A stretch of DNA of 62,353 nucleotides, counting the filler, from Choristocarpus tenellus KU-1152 (Eukaryota > Protista > Phaeophyceae), in assembly GCA_964200185.2 (NCBI GenBank). It is 10 parts of 10 records of this genome, joined end to end, with 100 filler letters (N's around TTAATTAATTAA, not from the genome) between each part and the next. Parts side by side here need not be neighbours in the genome. Positions count along the whole stretch, not along the records: positions 22,547 to 31,534 come from CAXNAD020004118.1; positions 31,635 to 34,583 come from CAXNAD020023435.1; positions 34,684 to 37,426 come from CAXNAD020025125.1; positions 37,527 to 40,034 come from CAXNAD020027223.1; 6 more parts are not named here. One strand, given 5' to 3'. This document shows, in pieces, positions 24,646 to 38,504 of this stretch (position 1 is its first letter; the number at the start of each line of letters is the position of its first letter). Position numbers and translations under genes: made by a program. Below the pieces are notes generated by a model. The model saw nothing but the letters and a program-made list of their open reading frames with translations, ran no database searches and was not told the origin of the DNA.

Positions 24646-27600
24646 GTAAGCTGTCCTTTCCACTTCGCAAGACTTACCCTGTCGGGACAATGGTACCATC
24701 GCTTCCGGTCTCGGCACTACCATGGCCATCCTGGACTCCCAATGATTCCACAGGAGTGAACAGGCGGCCCTTATCCATGCCTGGGTTCCATTGATGTTTA
24801 GGACTTCTTAATTCATAACTCAACTTGTCCCCTCTGCCCTCCCTGGCTATCCCGCTCTTCTGTCCACCATCATGACCAACAACAAGCGGAGGCATCGCCG
24901 CTAACGCCCCTACAATGCACAATAAGCCTAGGTTCCACCTTCCTTGTATGTAACCTTGCCCAGTCGAAACCTCCCAAGGAGGGGCCATACTCTCCCTTGC
25001 CCACCAAGTTATTGCTCCATTGTCCCAACGCCAAGGAACCCCATCATGGAGCCATTTCCACAGCACCATTGTAAACCAACCTTACCCCTTCACAGTCTGG
25101 CGTTGAATATCACGGAACAACAGACGAAATTTTAACTTTAGTTTCACAATGACTTCCCACAATATAGGGAAGAATTCCTAACTGCAAACCCAAATAACTT
25201 CCCAAACTCTTAGGACACCCTCCGTGTCCACAGGCACTGCACCTGAGCAGCAAGGCCTTAAGCCTTCCTGAGGACTACCGTACTCACCAGGCTTATAGCC
25301 ACCCTTATTCTTATCGTAGAGAAAAAATTACAAATCGTCCCAATCCTCCCACATCATTATTGATCACCTTCTACTTTCCCTTACAATTGTCTAAGTGATT
25401 ATGTACTACTGTACCTGGAGAGAAGGGGATATTGACCTTCTCTATATATGTTGGAAGTAGCGCCGTTTCTTTTCTTTGTGTTATGTAGATTATAATACAG
25501 TTTCAAGATTCCATCAAATTTTATATGTTCTCAATTCTAATTTTCAACGTGTGGTTAATTGACATATTTGTTTTCTTTCATGTCTATACACCTCATATTT
25601 GATTGGTTGAAGGTTGCTTTTTCCGTCCATAAATATAGTGGTGGTTGGAATCTGCTCCACACTCCAGACCATACCAAACCTACATAATTTCAGGGAAAAT
25701 TTGGTTTTGATCCCCCAAACCTGACGCCTCAATATAGGTGTATACCAAGATATGGAATTTGCACCTCTACGACATCACAAAACTGAAACGAGGTGACAAG
25801 GGTTCGTTGGATATCGTCTTGACTGTTTGGCGTCAGGAAGGTTAGAAGGAGGAGGACTCGAAGGTACCCGCAAGAAGAAGGATCGGATGGACTGGGAAAT
25901 TATAGGGGCAGCTCCTTGGTGGCACACCCTGCTGAAGTACTTGTCAAGATTGTCGCTGGAGGACTAGAAGCTCTCCTGGTAAGGGAGAACATATCCTCAC
26001 TAGGAATAGTGTCGTTTTTGATCTCGGTGTTCCAACGTGGATATGACGTACACCCTACGTGCTCTCCAGGAGCTGGGCTGGGAAAACATTTATGTTTGTC
26101 TCATGTGTTCTTTGACCTACATAATGTATACAACTCTGTTGACGGCGATCTCTCTTGGTGACAAAGTTCGCAGTATCTGAGAAGGTGAACTCAGTTACTC
26201 ACCAATTCCAAGTTGGAATGCAGGCATGCTTGAACGATAGAGAGTTTTGTCAATTCGTTCAAGATTAAGCAAGGCCTACAACGGCATGTTTTTGCCCTCT
26301 CGTCCTCGTCAACGTGTTCTCCACTTCAATAGGCCCTATCCTCTTCAATGACCTTGCCGTCGTCAAGGGAGCTGCCAGAAACAATCAGATCAGAGGAGGG
26401 AGAACAACAGGAGGGGTGGGGTATCAGTTGAGTGGGTATGCTCTATGCTGATGGTATGGGCATTGTGTCTAACACCTGAAGAAAGTCTGCCCAGGACGAT
26501 GAACCTAATTGCGTGAGTGGGTAGGATATTTGATCTGGACATATCTGAGTTGATAACAGCAACCATGCGCCGTCTATCTTCCAACAAGGATGCAGATATA
26601 ATGAAGGTCTGGGCTTCGGGCCAGCACTACAAGCAGAATGACAAGTTTATTCATGAGGTGATACGAGTAAAGACGCTGCAGTCACCGCCAAGATCACCCT
26701 ACGGGTCCAAAAAGGTTTGGGACTGTTTGCGAAAGTATACTGAACAGAGGAAGTATAATTACGCTGATGGCATTTCCTCTTTTGACCACGAAACTCGGAC
26801 CCCTCTGACAAATGTCAACAACATGATAATGATGATGATATCAATAGTTTGTGTTGGGCATCTGACCAAGGATCGGAAAAGTCCCCAGGAGTAGAGTAAA
26901 GAAATAGTATATACACATGCACTGCAATATCTTTGTCAGTATTGTCTCCACTTTGGTTTGTGGAACTAGACCAACTTATGATCAGAAGCACCTTGAACTA
27001 AACCACCTTTTCTTTTCGCTACATGTTACAACAGAAGAGTCTAGGTGATGCCTTCTGCCCCAAATGTGAATAATCAGTGATAGATATACAATGGCCTTTT
27101 ACAATGCCTCTTGAATTGCTTGATCCTAGTATGTTGTGTTCTGCCGTTTCACCTCTTATTGTTCTGCTCCCTCCTCAAAATCATTGAGTTGCGCAGTACT
27201 CACCACTCAACACAAACCTCACAATTCGCATTTACATGTTTATAGTTCGATGTAGTGAGGTATTCCATACATCTGTATGTATACTCGATAATTCCCTATT
27301 GAGAATCAAAGCGATGCACACACCACACAGTGCATGGATGTTTAAATAGGCCATTTGCTTCTGCGCACACAGGTACACAAGCTACCTGACACAGTCCGGC
27401 CCTGCTGCTGCCAGGCACAACCCCTCCTTTACCCCCTTTCCTTCTGGCGCTGCCGAAGAACTGTAGTCGCTACTAGTTGGTGGTGCTTCTCCTCCTTCCT
27501 CTTTTCCCCAAAGCACAGCCCACACAACCTTCCCGTCTTTTCCTTCCCCCCTGGTGCTGTTGGGGCACAGTGGCTGCTAACTAGTGAAGTTTCTCCTTTC

Positions 27601-30599
27601 CCTCTTTTTCTCCCAATACAGCCCCCCAGGTTTACACAAGCAACCCCTCCACTGTTCCTCTCCCCCTGGAACTGTTGTAACACAGAATAGCGGAGCTATC
27701 CCTCTCCACTCTCCCCCTAATCACTACACCCCCGCTGTTACCCATACACTGTCACGTGAGAGTACCTCATTCTGGTCAAGAAAGGTCTGCAGGATCCCAT
27801 TATTATAGTTAAAACTATGCGAGTGAGACCCAGGAATACATAACAGGACTATCACTTGGCAGGATTGTCACAGCACTTTCTTAGCAACATACTCCAAAGG
27901 ATTATGACTCAGCCGCATTGTAGTTGCAACTCACTTGTCAAAAGCATATGTAGTCTCTAGATGAGAGGCGGAATGTTGTGTAAGTAATATTTGCTGCATC
28001 GGGTAGGTGTAGGGATCAAGCATTCAACAGGATAATACAAGGGATACCCCCAGGGAAGGAGAGGATCTTCGCCACATGCACAAAGGAGAAACAGTCACAA
28101 ACACAGCAACACAAATGGAATGCAGAGATCACACTCCGACCTTGTTTCCCCTGGTTGCACTGATGAGGGTGTGGATTCTTTAGGTTCCATCATCAGAGCC
28201 GAACCAATTGAAAGGGTTGACTTTGGACCCTTTTGCATTCCAAACCTTCTTACCCTGTGCAATACACTCTATACCATTGCTTAATATGCACCATAGCGTA
28301 TGCAAAATTGATATCCCTCCCCTCCACACGCAAAGTAATACCACAATTCAGCAATGTTTAAGCAACAATCACCCATAGAGATTTCGTTACGGTCGTGAGT
28401 ATCTATGATGCGTAACATCCTTACTTTCGTTCGGTGTTTTAAGTAGGCCTTTACCTACATGAATCTCGTGCGTTCGAACCCTATAGATTACAGACTTGTA
28501 CAACAATCTGGAACTGATAATCCTATTCCATGTACCAAGTAGCAAATACAGCAAATTGTATGCCTGCCTCTCTGTCTCTTTCATTCTTCTGTCTATGTCG
28601 CTATGTCGCAAAATGCCAAACCAAGATCGAGGTGGAACCGTCGAGCTGGGTCCAGGACAAGATTTGATGGAGAAGGCGAATCGATGAGGGGTTGGATTAC
28701 CGAACGAAACGCCCAAAAGAAACAAGACACGAACGGACTTAAAGTAAATAAGAGGGCACCCAGAGTAACTTTTCGAAGGATGCCAACAAATATGCGCAAA
28801 ATTCGGTCTCTTTTACAGATGGTTATATTATATTTTTCCGAATAGTGTCGAAAGTTTCAAGTTGCAGAGAAATCAACCCTCTCAAGTCAGCTTACCACTT
28901 CACCCATATAAATATGGGCGAATTGCAAAATAGTGAATGGTGTTGTCTTATAATACAAAAACGGTCAAAAAATTCATACCTCTCGCTTACTTTGGGTCAT
29001 GAAGGCAGTCTCTTGGTTGTAGTGCAACAGTTAGTTACAAACCGAGCAGAGGATTACGTAAGACGCGTGCAACATCAATAGTACGACATAAACAAAAAAC
29101 AGTGTTGTGGATCATAACGGTTAAATCGGTCCCATTCAATTACATTGCAGCGAAGTCGAAACCGAAAATCTTGGGTCCGATTTATATTTTTTGTGGAATG
29201 TCTAGAGGAGAAGACACACAACCAAGTACGCAAGTACCACAAACACCTCTAAGACTGCATTAATAAGCCACAAGTGTGCCCAGGTACTCTGAAATTGGTG
29301 AGGGTGGGTTTCCATACAATGAGTATTAGTGGTCCACGAAGATTCAAAACCTGACTTCACGCAGACTGTGAGCCAACAATTATCTAGATGGGTCGCTCTT
29401 CCTGGAGGAAGACCACCATATCATGACCTACCACTGAGTCAAAGTCAACGAGAGGTCCCCAGATTTGCATTTTGAGGATGATGGTATAAATGTGTAATAT
29501 TGGACTATTTTTTCAGATGCATATAGGATATTTTCTGAATTACGTCGATCTTTTTCAAAAAATAGAGAAATCAACGTTCTCAAATCAAACTTAGCACTTC
29601 ATCCATAGAAATATGGGCGAATTGCGAAAGATAGAAACACTGGCTTAAATGCGAAACGGCCAAAACATTGTTACCTCTAGTTTACTTTGGCTCACCGCAT
29701 AAATCACTGGGTGGAGTGTGTGGCTCATATATAACAGCGTCGAACAGGGAAGTGGCAAGAGATGCTGTGAAATCAGCCCCAGGTAGCTGTTGTTGATGCC
29801 TGTTCAACGTCCAATCAATGTAGGGAACATGCGAAGAAGATGTGCAATATGTCGAGGATTAATGCAGGTATACTGACTTGTTGGTGGTTTACATATTCCA
29901 CGGACACCTTCCTGCACCTCAAATCTACCATCATCATTCATGAGGGCATTGATGATCAACGAAACACTGATGATCACCCTCGAACCACGTCAACATTTCC
30001 TGTGGGAGGTGATCATTTCGTGTAGGAGTGTAAAACAAAATTTGGAAGCATTTGGAAGGGGAACGAAGTGTAGAGAAGTCACCTGTCACCTGTCAAACCT
30101 TTTACAACGGCACATGCAATAGATATCTTCCAACGTTACATTTTACATCATCACACGCCCTCTGTTCCTCCTCCCTTCATCTACTAAAAATCGTGTAAAG
30201 GTCACCACCTATATCTTATGTTATTTGGCTTTTTTGTTGCTTCTCTGTTTCATACATCTCTAATTTTCAACCTTTCTATCGCATCTCCGATCTCACCTTG
30301 TTTGAACTTGTTCTTTTGGTATGCTCAGGTGGTGATGGGTCCGTACTGAGGTGATTTGAGCCCATCATGGAAACACAGAAGACTCTTGAGTGGAGGTAAC
30401 ATATATGTGGCAGTCTCTCTAATTGTTTCCGTTATAAATTAACGAATAAATGAAGATCGAGAAAGCAAGTGGAAGGCTGCAGTGCCTTCAAGCCACCGCC
30501 CCTGAACAACAGGCCGAAGCAAACATGCTGTATGCGAGTGAGCAAGCTCGATGTTATCTGATTACATTAACCACTTTGGTACGGGGAGGAATATTACCC

Positions 30600-31090
30600 T
30601 TTGTACTCTGAGAGCAAGGATAGGCAATCCACAGAGTTTAATGACAGGGTGGAAGCAGGTCCTGGCTACTTGTCTGGACCCAATAACCAAAATTCTTCAT
30701 GGGATCCTAGAGAATGAGCGCGAAGACATCTGGAGGCAGATGGAGCTAGAAGTTCTAGGCGCTGTGGAGGAGGAGCACAGCTAAGAGGAGGTAGACGCTG
30801 TAGTCCTGCGGAGGAACCAAGCCCACGTCCACGCAGTGCCGATTTTGAGGGGAGGCAACTCTCCTATAAAAGACGCAGGGAGTTTACAACAACCCCCTCA
30901 ACTGGTGGCGGGAAAGGCACTCGAAATTTCCGTGCCTGTTGTCCAAACTTCCCCGCGCATTTTGACAGTTCATTCCTGCTATGCAAGCAGACTCGGACCG
31001 CAAGAGCTGGAGATACTGTAACCTCACAACGGAGCAGGGTGGACCCAGATAATTTGCACCTCCTTGTTTTCCTTTGCAACACCTGGATGA
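30600..31090 (+). mobile_element. hAT-superfamily transposase remnant (C-terminal dimerisation domain)
   Basis: LATCLDPITK, NPLNWWRERHSKFPCL, IPAMQADSDR and AGDTVTSQRSRVDPDNLHLLVFL, interrupted by stops and frameshifts. Confidence 0.75.
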
Positions 31091-32059
31091 AGGTGGAGGC
31101 ATTAGAGGTTGTCAAGAAAGGCAATAGAAGGGATACCACCTAAGGTCTGTAGCAGCAGCATTGTGTACCCACCTACACCATCACCCACATATATACACAC
31201 AAATATATATTGTAACAAGGAAATATTTAATTCTTCAAGTACAATATATAGTATAAAATATATCATTTGATGATCTCTTGACAATCCTTCAGTCCCTTTC
31301 TCTTCTACAAAACATACATAGATTAACTTACAGGTCTCTATTGGATATCGCATATCAGAGAAGAGTACATATTTTTAAATAGTAGACCTTGTGGAAAGCA
31401 TGTTTTTCTGTTATTATACCGTTATTGCCGTATGCCATAAATCGTTATACCGTGGTACCCAGTGAGGTTCCCAGTCAAGAGTCCATGATTCCACGGACAG
31501 ACTTTCTGTCCGAATGTCACACATGGAAGATCCANNNNNNNNNNNNNNNNNNNNNNNNNNNNNNNNNNNNNNNNNNNNTTAATTAATTAANNNNNNNNNN
31601 NNNNNNNNNNNNNNNNNNNNNNNNNNNNNNNNNNGTGGGGGGACATAAATGTATTATGCTACCCATATACGACACAAACCATGACCCTCCTCTCATGGAC
31701 ACAAATACTAATATGCTCCCTGCCTGCCTTGCAGTGACTTCCTATTCCCAAGGTTCCGGCCTCCAGGCGGTGTTGTCGGCAACATTATGTGCCAGTCAAG
31801 TGATTCCCTTCTCTTGAAGTTCTTCTCAGATCGCGTCACGCACGTGGCACGCATTCCCACGGGAATGTGCCCTGCTCACATGGGCATTATCCATCTCCCG
31901 CACACTAGGGTCGAGTATCCTGTCCGTACGTACACATCTTGGGCTGGAGGGAGGACACTCCCTCCTCCAGCACAGGCATGCAATGCCTGCGGCAAGAGTT
32001 GTCCAAGCGGAAAAAATCGTGTACAACACTCCCTGTGTGAGGCAGGGATACTTCTAGGG

Positions 32060-33320
32060 ACTACCCCAAGCACGCACATGCATGCCAAAAGCTTGCTTAA
32101 AGACAATCCTGGCGTTGGACTGGTGAAAATTAAAGTTGTTATAGTTGGAAGACAGCCCTGTTCCGGAGAACAGTGTCAGCACCCAATTATTGCATGGATA
32201 CGCAGCATCTCCCTCAAGAAGGAAGAGTATCTAACCACTTCTGAAATCCTGACAACATCCACGCATTTTGATCGTTTGCACTCCCAGGCACCTCCATGAA
32301 TTAGTAGTAAGTGGCATCACACACTTTCTGTGAGGGATGAACGAGTGATTTAGATAGGGTCATAGGTCACATTGTCATTATCTACTCCGAGTAATTGCTA
32401 ATAGTATGAACGGTGTGAGAGGTAACCGTGAAAAAACTAAGTTGACTGTCCGGTTTCGACGAGTGGGTTAGAAATTCTGTATATATTGAATCCAATGGAT
32501 GAATTTTGTTTCTTACAGATTCAATCCATATTCCTCCTTGTGCCCCGAAAAGAAAAAAAAGAAGTGCATATGTGAACCAAATTGAACGAGAGGTACACAG
32601 GTTTTGGGCGTTCCGAGTTTAAAGACAGTTTTTTATTTTTTGCAACTCATCCATATTTGTAATAGATGAAGTGCTAAGTTTGACTTGAGAGCGTTGGTTT
32701 CTCTTCTTCTTTTTTGACAGAATTCACCAAAAGTCCAATACGCATTTGTAAAAAAAAATAATTCTGCACCTACCTGTCAACATCCTTAAAATGTAACCTT
32801 GGGTACCTCTAGCTTACTTTGACTCAGGTGGCAAATGAAACTTGAGAGAGTCATGTTTGATTCGAATGAAGAGTCCATCCATAAACTGCACCTACACAAT
32901 TACATATAATACCAGCACGACTTCATCTATCAAATCCGTTGGTGACACTGTCCAACTCGTCCTCCAAGGGTCAGTCCAGTGCAACCTTCTTCCAATTCAC
33001 ATCTGTGAGCACAACCCTCGTGGTCACCTCGTATGCCGTTGTTTGGCAATGATGGGATGTCCGTGAGATCATAGAGACTGCTACCAGCCAGAAACGGGAG
33101 ACCCCAGGCAAGAGTCAACTCCCCTGAAACAGTCTGGCTAACACATATAAACGGTGCACTGGCCATGTTCCACGGTCTGTCGAGTTCCGGAGGCGTCCAT
33201 CCTCTTCTTCCTTTTCAATGAAAGGTGTAGCAGACTGTACAAAGCAGAAAATGACGGAAAGTTCAAGTGGAATTGTTTCGTAGAACTTGTGGTCCTGCAG
33301 CATAGGCCTGGTGCGAACAC
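32060..33320 (-). mobile_element. PIF/Harbinger (HARBI1-like, DDE_Tnp_4) transposase pseudogene, interrupted by a repeat insertion at ~32330-32830
   Basis: VSGELTLAWGLPFLAGSSLYDL, VCDA..Y.F..VPGSANDQNAW, EGDAAYP, FNFHQSNARIVFKQAFGMHVRAWG. Confidence 0.8.
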
Positions 33321-36300
33321 CTCATGACAGTTTCAAACTTCCCACCAACCATAAACGTGTACTTCGACCCTCATGACCCCTGATACCCACAATTATTACG
33401 AGGAACAAGAATAATTGTGTGTACTGGAAAAAATACATTTCCGGCCACCTTGCTCTAAATGCCCGCCTTGAACTCTGTCCATTGGGGACGTTACACAACA
33501 TCTCCTTTTATTCCCCTAGTACAGTGCTAGAGTAGTTATATCCGAGTGTGTGGTTTGTCGTGGATGAGATGTCGAAGTTGCCTGGAAACTCAATATAGAT
33601 AGGGGTGTATTGACCTGTGGTTTTGAGGGGTTTGAGATCCACGGTTATTCATCTTCTATTTCACTCCTCATATAATACACACAACAGAATCCATTGTTGT
33701 CCCTTCGAATACAAACATGAGATATCCATTATAGACATTTATAGTGGTTCCCATGACGTCATTGGTTGCCTCATGACATCATTATATCGAGTTACAACAT
33801 AAATTGACTGGAGCTTTATTTTTCCTTTAGTGAGGTACCTTAAAACAATTCTTCACTACGAAGTAATGCGTACATGCTGGTACTATATTTCTAATCTAGG
33901 TTAGGCCAACCACGGTGGGCGAGAACCTAGGACAAAACCAATTGTGCAATAACGGGCACTACCTAATCTGTCTTAAATCACCTGATAGTCCCTGTTCTGC
34001 AATATTCTCCAACCCCTCCCCCCCCTACGTGATTTAGTGATGATAAATAGAAAAAATAGAAACAATGTACACAATCTATGTACATCATCGTCGAACTCAT
34101 TTTCAGAAGCAAATGTAGCGTTAATACAACAGACAAGAAAACATGTATATATGAAAATATGTTTTTATGACTCTAGAAAATCTAGGAATTAACACTACAC
34201 CATACCTACAGCAGTCTGTCTTCGTTGCACCTAAGGCAAGGGGTTGTGATTACCCTATCCCATTCCCATATCCAGCCCCTGGGGACAACGAGTTTCCCCT
34301 ATTTATACTCAGGGCAAGGACTTTCCCCTATCCAGACATGGTGCCAATGGTTCTTGTATCTAGGGGCACTGGGGTGTTCTGGGTGTAAAGGATTCCATGC
34401 CCCTGTGTATGTCAGGGGGCTAGGGTTTCAAGGGTGGTGAAAAAACCTCGAAATTTGAGTTGCTCCTATATACTCTTAGTTTAAGGAGTGGTGCCCACTC
34501 AGGGGCAAGGGGTTTCACCTATCCAGACAGCAGGCAAGAGGTTACTCTCTCTAGGGTGGGGTCAAAGTGGGTCAAAGTATCTGNNNNNNNNNNNNNNNNN
34601 NNNNNNNNNNNNNNNNNNNNNNNNNNNTTAATTAATTAANNNNNNNNNNNNNNNNNNNNNNNNNNNNNNNNNNNNNNNNNNNNCCCTCCCAGATACTTTG
34701 AGCCAGTTTTCTGGGTGAGTTGGCTACACACGCAATAGGGGGGAGAGGGGCGGGAGGTTACAGCAGGAAAGGAGCTGTCAAATCCCGTTTTCGGCATATA
34801 GTGTCTGTCACTACACAAGTTACTCTCTCAAGAAGTGTCGTGCATTTTAAGGTGGATACACCAGGGAGATGGGTAAGGAGGGGCCTGTCAGATTCTTAGG
34901 ATGCTTCCCTAGCTCCTTGCCCAGGAATGTAGGGCTAAGCTAGGTTGGAGGCATAGCAGCGGTGTACACATCACATCGCAATTACGACCTTTTATACAAC
35001 CTTTTATGGGAGTGGTGTGGTATAGAGTTGGTATTCAAATAGATTATATATTGTGGAGAGAAATCTTTCACATTTAACGACAACTGTTACTTTTACAAGG
35101 GACCTTACAAGACATCGAATTGTCTTTCCCTGACACATCTGCAAAGTGTCAGAGGGCACAATAATGTATATATACCTATAGTATTATGCATATACATCCC
35201 TAACATCAAACCGTATGCCATTTATACTGTCATGCCGTTTGTGGTTTGTACAGGAATCCTGTCTCCCACCAGAGGATCTTCCGCAAACCGGAGTCAACGG
35301 AATCTCGTCAAGAGACCAGTCCCACATGTGGTGGACTTCCCTCTTCATTCAAAGATATTACAAGAGTGTAGTTTTCCTTTGACTTTACGTCTTGTGATTC
35401 TGATGATAACCCTCACTCTCTCAAGATCCTCACTCTGTTCTCCACTCTTATCCTTGTCCAACCTTAACCTCATCCTTTCGTTCATGGTTCGTTTTGGTCC
35501 ATCTGGTTCATCTTACCCGGTGATTCTCTTCGCTACCCTTGCCTGAATGAACCACACCCCCACAGAAATTGCACTATTCACATTGGCCACATCAGTGAGC
35601 TCAGAAAAAAAAGCAAGATGTAGACAACCATGCCTAACTCATATGCTATACGAGTATGTGATTAGCATGAGCAACTAACCGATTTTATCGCAGAAACGAA
35701 CAAGAAGAGGAAAAGACCGGCGTTGGTCGGTCTGTACAATATATGAAGTCATCCATGCATAATGGACCAGACACCGTGTTTATCTTTAATGTCTCCTCCT
35801 CATCTTCCAACAGTTCAGAGCCTGCGGATCATCAGCAAGGGTCCTGTTCGTAGATAGTGCTCCTGACACACAATAGACACCACCAGTGGAGTAGATAATA
35901 GGATGGAGAGCCAGTGATAGATATATGCCATATGTATTGACTCACTAGTGTCCATTGATTTGTATCATTAGTTGCGAGCCCCATGAGTTCAGTCAGTAGA
36001 ATTGAGACCAGAAGCCCCTAGTAACCCTAATATTATATATTCACACCAACCCACCTATTGTCCTCTACCAAGGCACATGATTGATCATCTTAACCGCGGG
36101 TTCAGTTTGGAATATTTCAACAGTTTCCCCCCATCCCCTCCAGCGAATCACCGGGGTGGTCCAGGCACAGTGTTGTCTCGCTTCGAGCATCATATCTGCT
36201 CAGGTGACCGTGAAACCTGTTGTCTCCATTTTCAGGACACCTCAATTTCCTCTCCTTGTGTAACCACGCAGGAAGTGGCCATCTTGCAAGCACAGTTCAG

Positions 36301-36714
36301 GAACGCCATTCTGGCTTTCATTGGCCACCACGTATATGAGTGTAGAAGAACCAACGGTATGCCACCTGAATGACTCCAGGACCTCCTGAAAATCCGGGCT
36401 ACTGGACACAGCACCGATCACGCAACTCGTCTAAACTTTGTCTAACTCCAACAGGAGAACCAACACCCTGGGACAGAGGTGAATTATCACCAATCAGAAG
36501 AATCCACCCTAACCCGGTCTTCAGCTCAGAGTGAAAGTGTCTTAGAGGGTACGAGTTTTGCCCTGTTTGTCCATTTGGGGATTGGCTTCCTACTCAAAAT
36601 GTTTCGGAGTAGGTAAAATGTATACCCTTATGAAAAGGTGTGTTTGGAACAAGGATATTGACGCTTCCAAATAAACACAATAGCCAAAATTACATCAATA
36701 TCGCAACATTGGAC

Positions 36715-36890
36715 TGGTTCAAAGTATCTGGGGGGGGTGGCGGCTGTCCATTTGGGGTCAATTTTTTCATGTCGAGAGTTTGGGGTGATTTGGTTGCACA
36801 TGTCGGATGGATAATATAAATGCACTTTTCCTGCTTTTGACCCAAATGGACACTATGATGTAGACCCCTCCCCCCCCCAGATAATATGAG
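36715..36890 (+). repeat. MITE-like family A, most complete copy (~175 bp)
   Basis: Inverted termini TCAAAGTATCTGGGGGGG ... CCCCCCCCAGATAATATGA; near-identical copy at 37255-37420. Confidence 0.75.
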
Positions 36891-37254
36891 TCGATTTTGG
36901 ACCCCAAATGGACACAGCTCTATCCTCTGAGATACTTTGACTCCTCAGTCATTGTTGAGAACACCGGGGACAGCTCATTCTGCTGTTCGTCCAACCTCCC
37001 GGTACTATGGTACACATCGTTGCACAGAGTCCCCTGTCATGCTCCATCATCATGTCAATGACCAATATGGCACACTGCAGCGTGATATGTCCCAACACCA
37101 TCGTTGTCAGGCAGGAACTTGTGAGGGTTTTTCGACCCAATTGTGCCTAGGTAATCTGGATAGTCCTCATCGACCACTTCTGTTGTAGAGAGAAAGGTTG
37201 TGGGCACCAATGCCACGTCGATAGACAGCCAGTTGATGGTCACTGTACTCCTCA

Positions 37255-37420
37255 GGGTTCAGAGTGTCTGGGGGGGGTGGCGGCCATCCATTTGGGGTCA
37301 ATTTCTTCATGTCGAGAGTTTGGGGTGATTTGGTTGCACATGTCGGATGGATAATATAAATGCACTTTTCCTGCTTTTGACCCAAATGGACATCCTGGTG
37401 TAGACACCCCCCCCCCCCCC
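37255..37420 (+). repeat. MITE-like family A copy
   Basis: Near-identical to 36715-36880 over ~150 bp. Confidence 0.8.
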
Positions 37421-37863
37421 CTCCTANNNNNNNNNNNNNNNNNNNNNNNNNNNNNNNNNNNNNNNNNNNNTTAATTAATTAANNNNNNNNNNNNNNNNNN
37501 NNNNNNNNNNNNNNNNNNNNNNNNNNCCGCCATTCCCGCCCAGATACTTTGAAGTTAACCTTATTCAATGGGTCTCGGTTGGTCAACTTACAGTAATCGT
37601 GAGAAATACAGGACCATACTTAAATCAAGTACTCCGCGCGCGAATTCCGCGCGAGGTGCCACAAGGCGCGCGCGAACCGCGCATTTAAGGACGATTTTAA
37701 CATCAGAAGAGGCCATCTTCACCCGGAGAACATGCGCGTTGTTATCTCTCCATTCTCTTCCATCATTTCCCTTTTATGCGATGTTGTTACCTGCTGACTA
37801 AATCCCACTCATGGGGCCGGGCCTCTGAACCAGACAATCCATGATAAGTCAAGTGAGGTATTC

Positions 37864-38120
37864 TTAAGGTGCAGGCCTCCTGTGAGACTCAAATGTCTTG
37901 TACACCCTATTCAATTGGTGCACTCCATGCCTTTCTCGTTGGAATATATTAGGTGGTAAGCAGTACTCATCCCGAAGAACCTCCACAATTACTCTGGACA
38001 GCCCCCCTTCCTTCTTAAGACTGACAGGAATGTTGGCTCTCATTCCAGGCAACGTGTAGTCACAGTGGCCTCGTACATAGTGCTTCGCCCGTCCCCAGAC
38101 CATCTCCATGGATTCTATTC
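37864..38120 (-). mobile_element. Tc1/IS630-like DDE transposase C-terminal fragment
   Basis: MEMVWGRAKHYVRGHCDYTL...IP.SL...ESHRR resembles the (N)PIE..W..AK...R..C end of IS630-Tc1-mariner transposases. Confidence 0.65.
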
Positions 38121-38187
38121 ACAGCGTCCTGTAAGTGGCTTGAACAGTATTAAGCCGAGGTCCGCCCACGTACCGTTTTGGCGGTTA

Positions 38188-38498
38188 CCAATCTTGATTT
38201 TTTTAAACGGTTGCCCAATGAGTTAATTGATGATCAGCATATGAAACGAAAGCTCTGGGTCTAGGCTAATGATCTATCAAAAGGAATTATTTCGCAAAAA
38301 TATTTTTGGTTGTGATAATTCATTCCAAACCATTTTGAAGGTTGTGGTGAAAACAATTAAAATTTAACCTTCCTTGCCAAGATAATCTTAGGAAAAAATC
38401 ATTTTTGGAAATCGATACCTTAGATCAAGAGCTTTCATTCGATATGGTGATCGTCGTTTAATTCATTGCTCAACCTTTTCAAAAAAATCAAGATTCGT
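38188..38498. mobile_element. MITE-like element with ~75-bp imperfect inverted arms
   Basis: AATCTTGATTTTTTT..AATGAGTTAA..GATCA.CATAT.AA.GAAAGCTCT..TCTA at 38190-38265 is the approximate reverse complement of 38418-38496. Confidence 0.65.
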
Positions 38499-38504
38499 CT
38501 GATA

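Noticed and set aside
25750-27720. Possible degenerate gag or zinc-knuckle remnants and the 125-aa ORF at 26517-26894
   Set aside because: No intact motif or consistent splice structure could be recognised.
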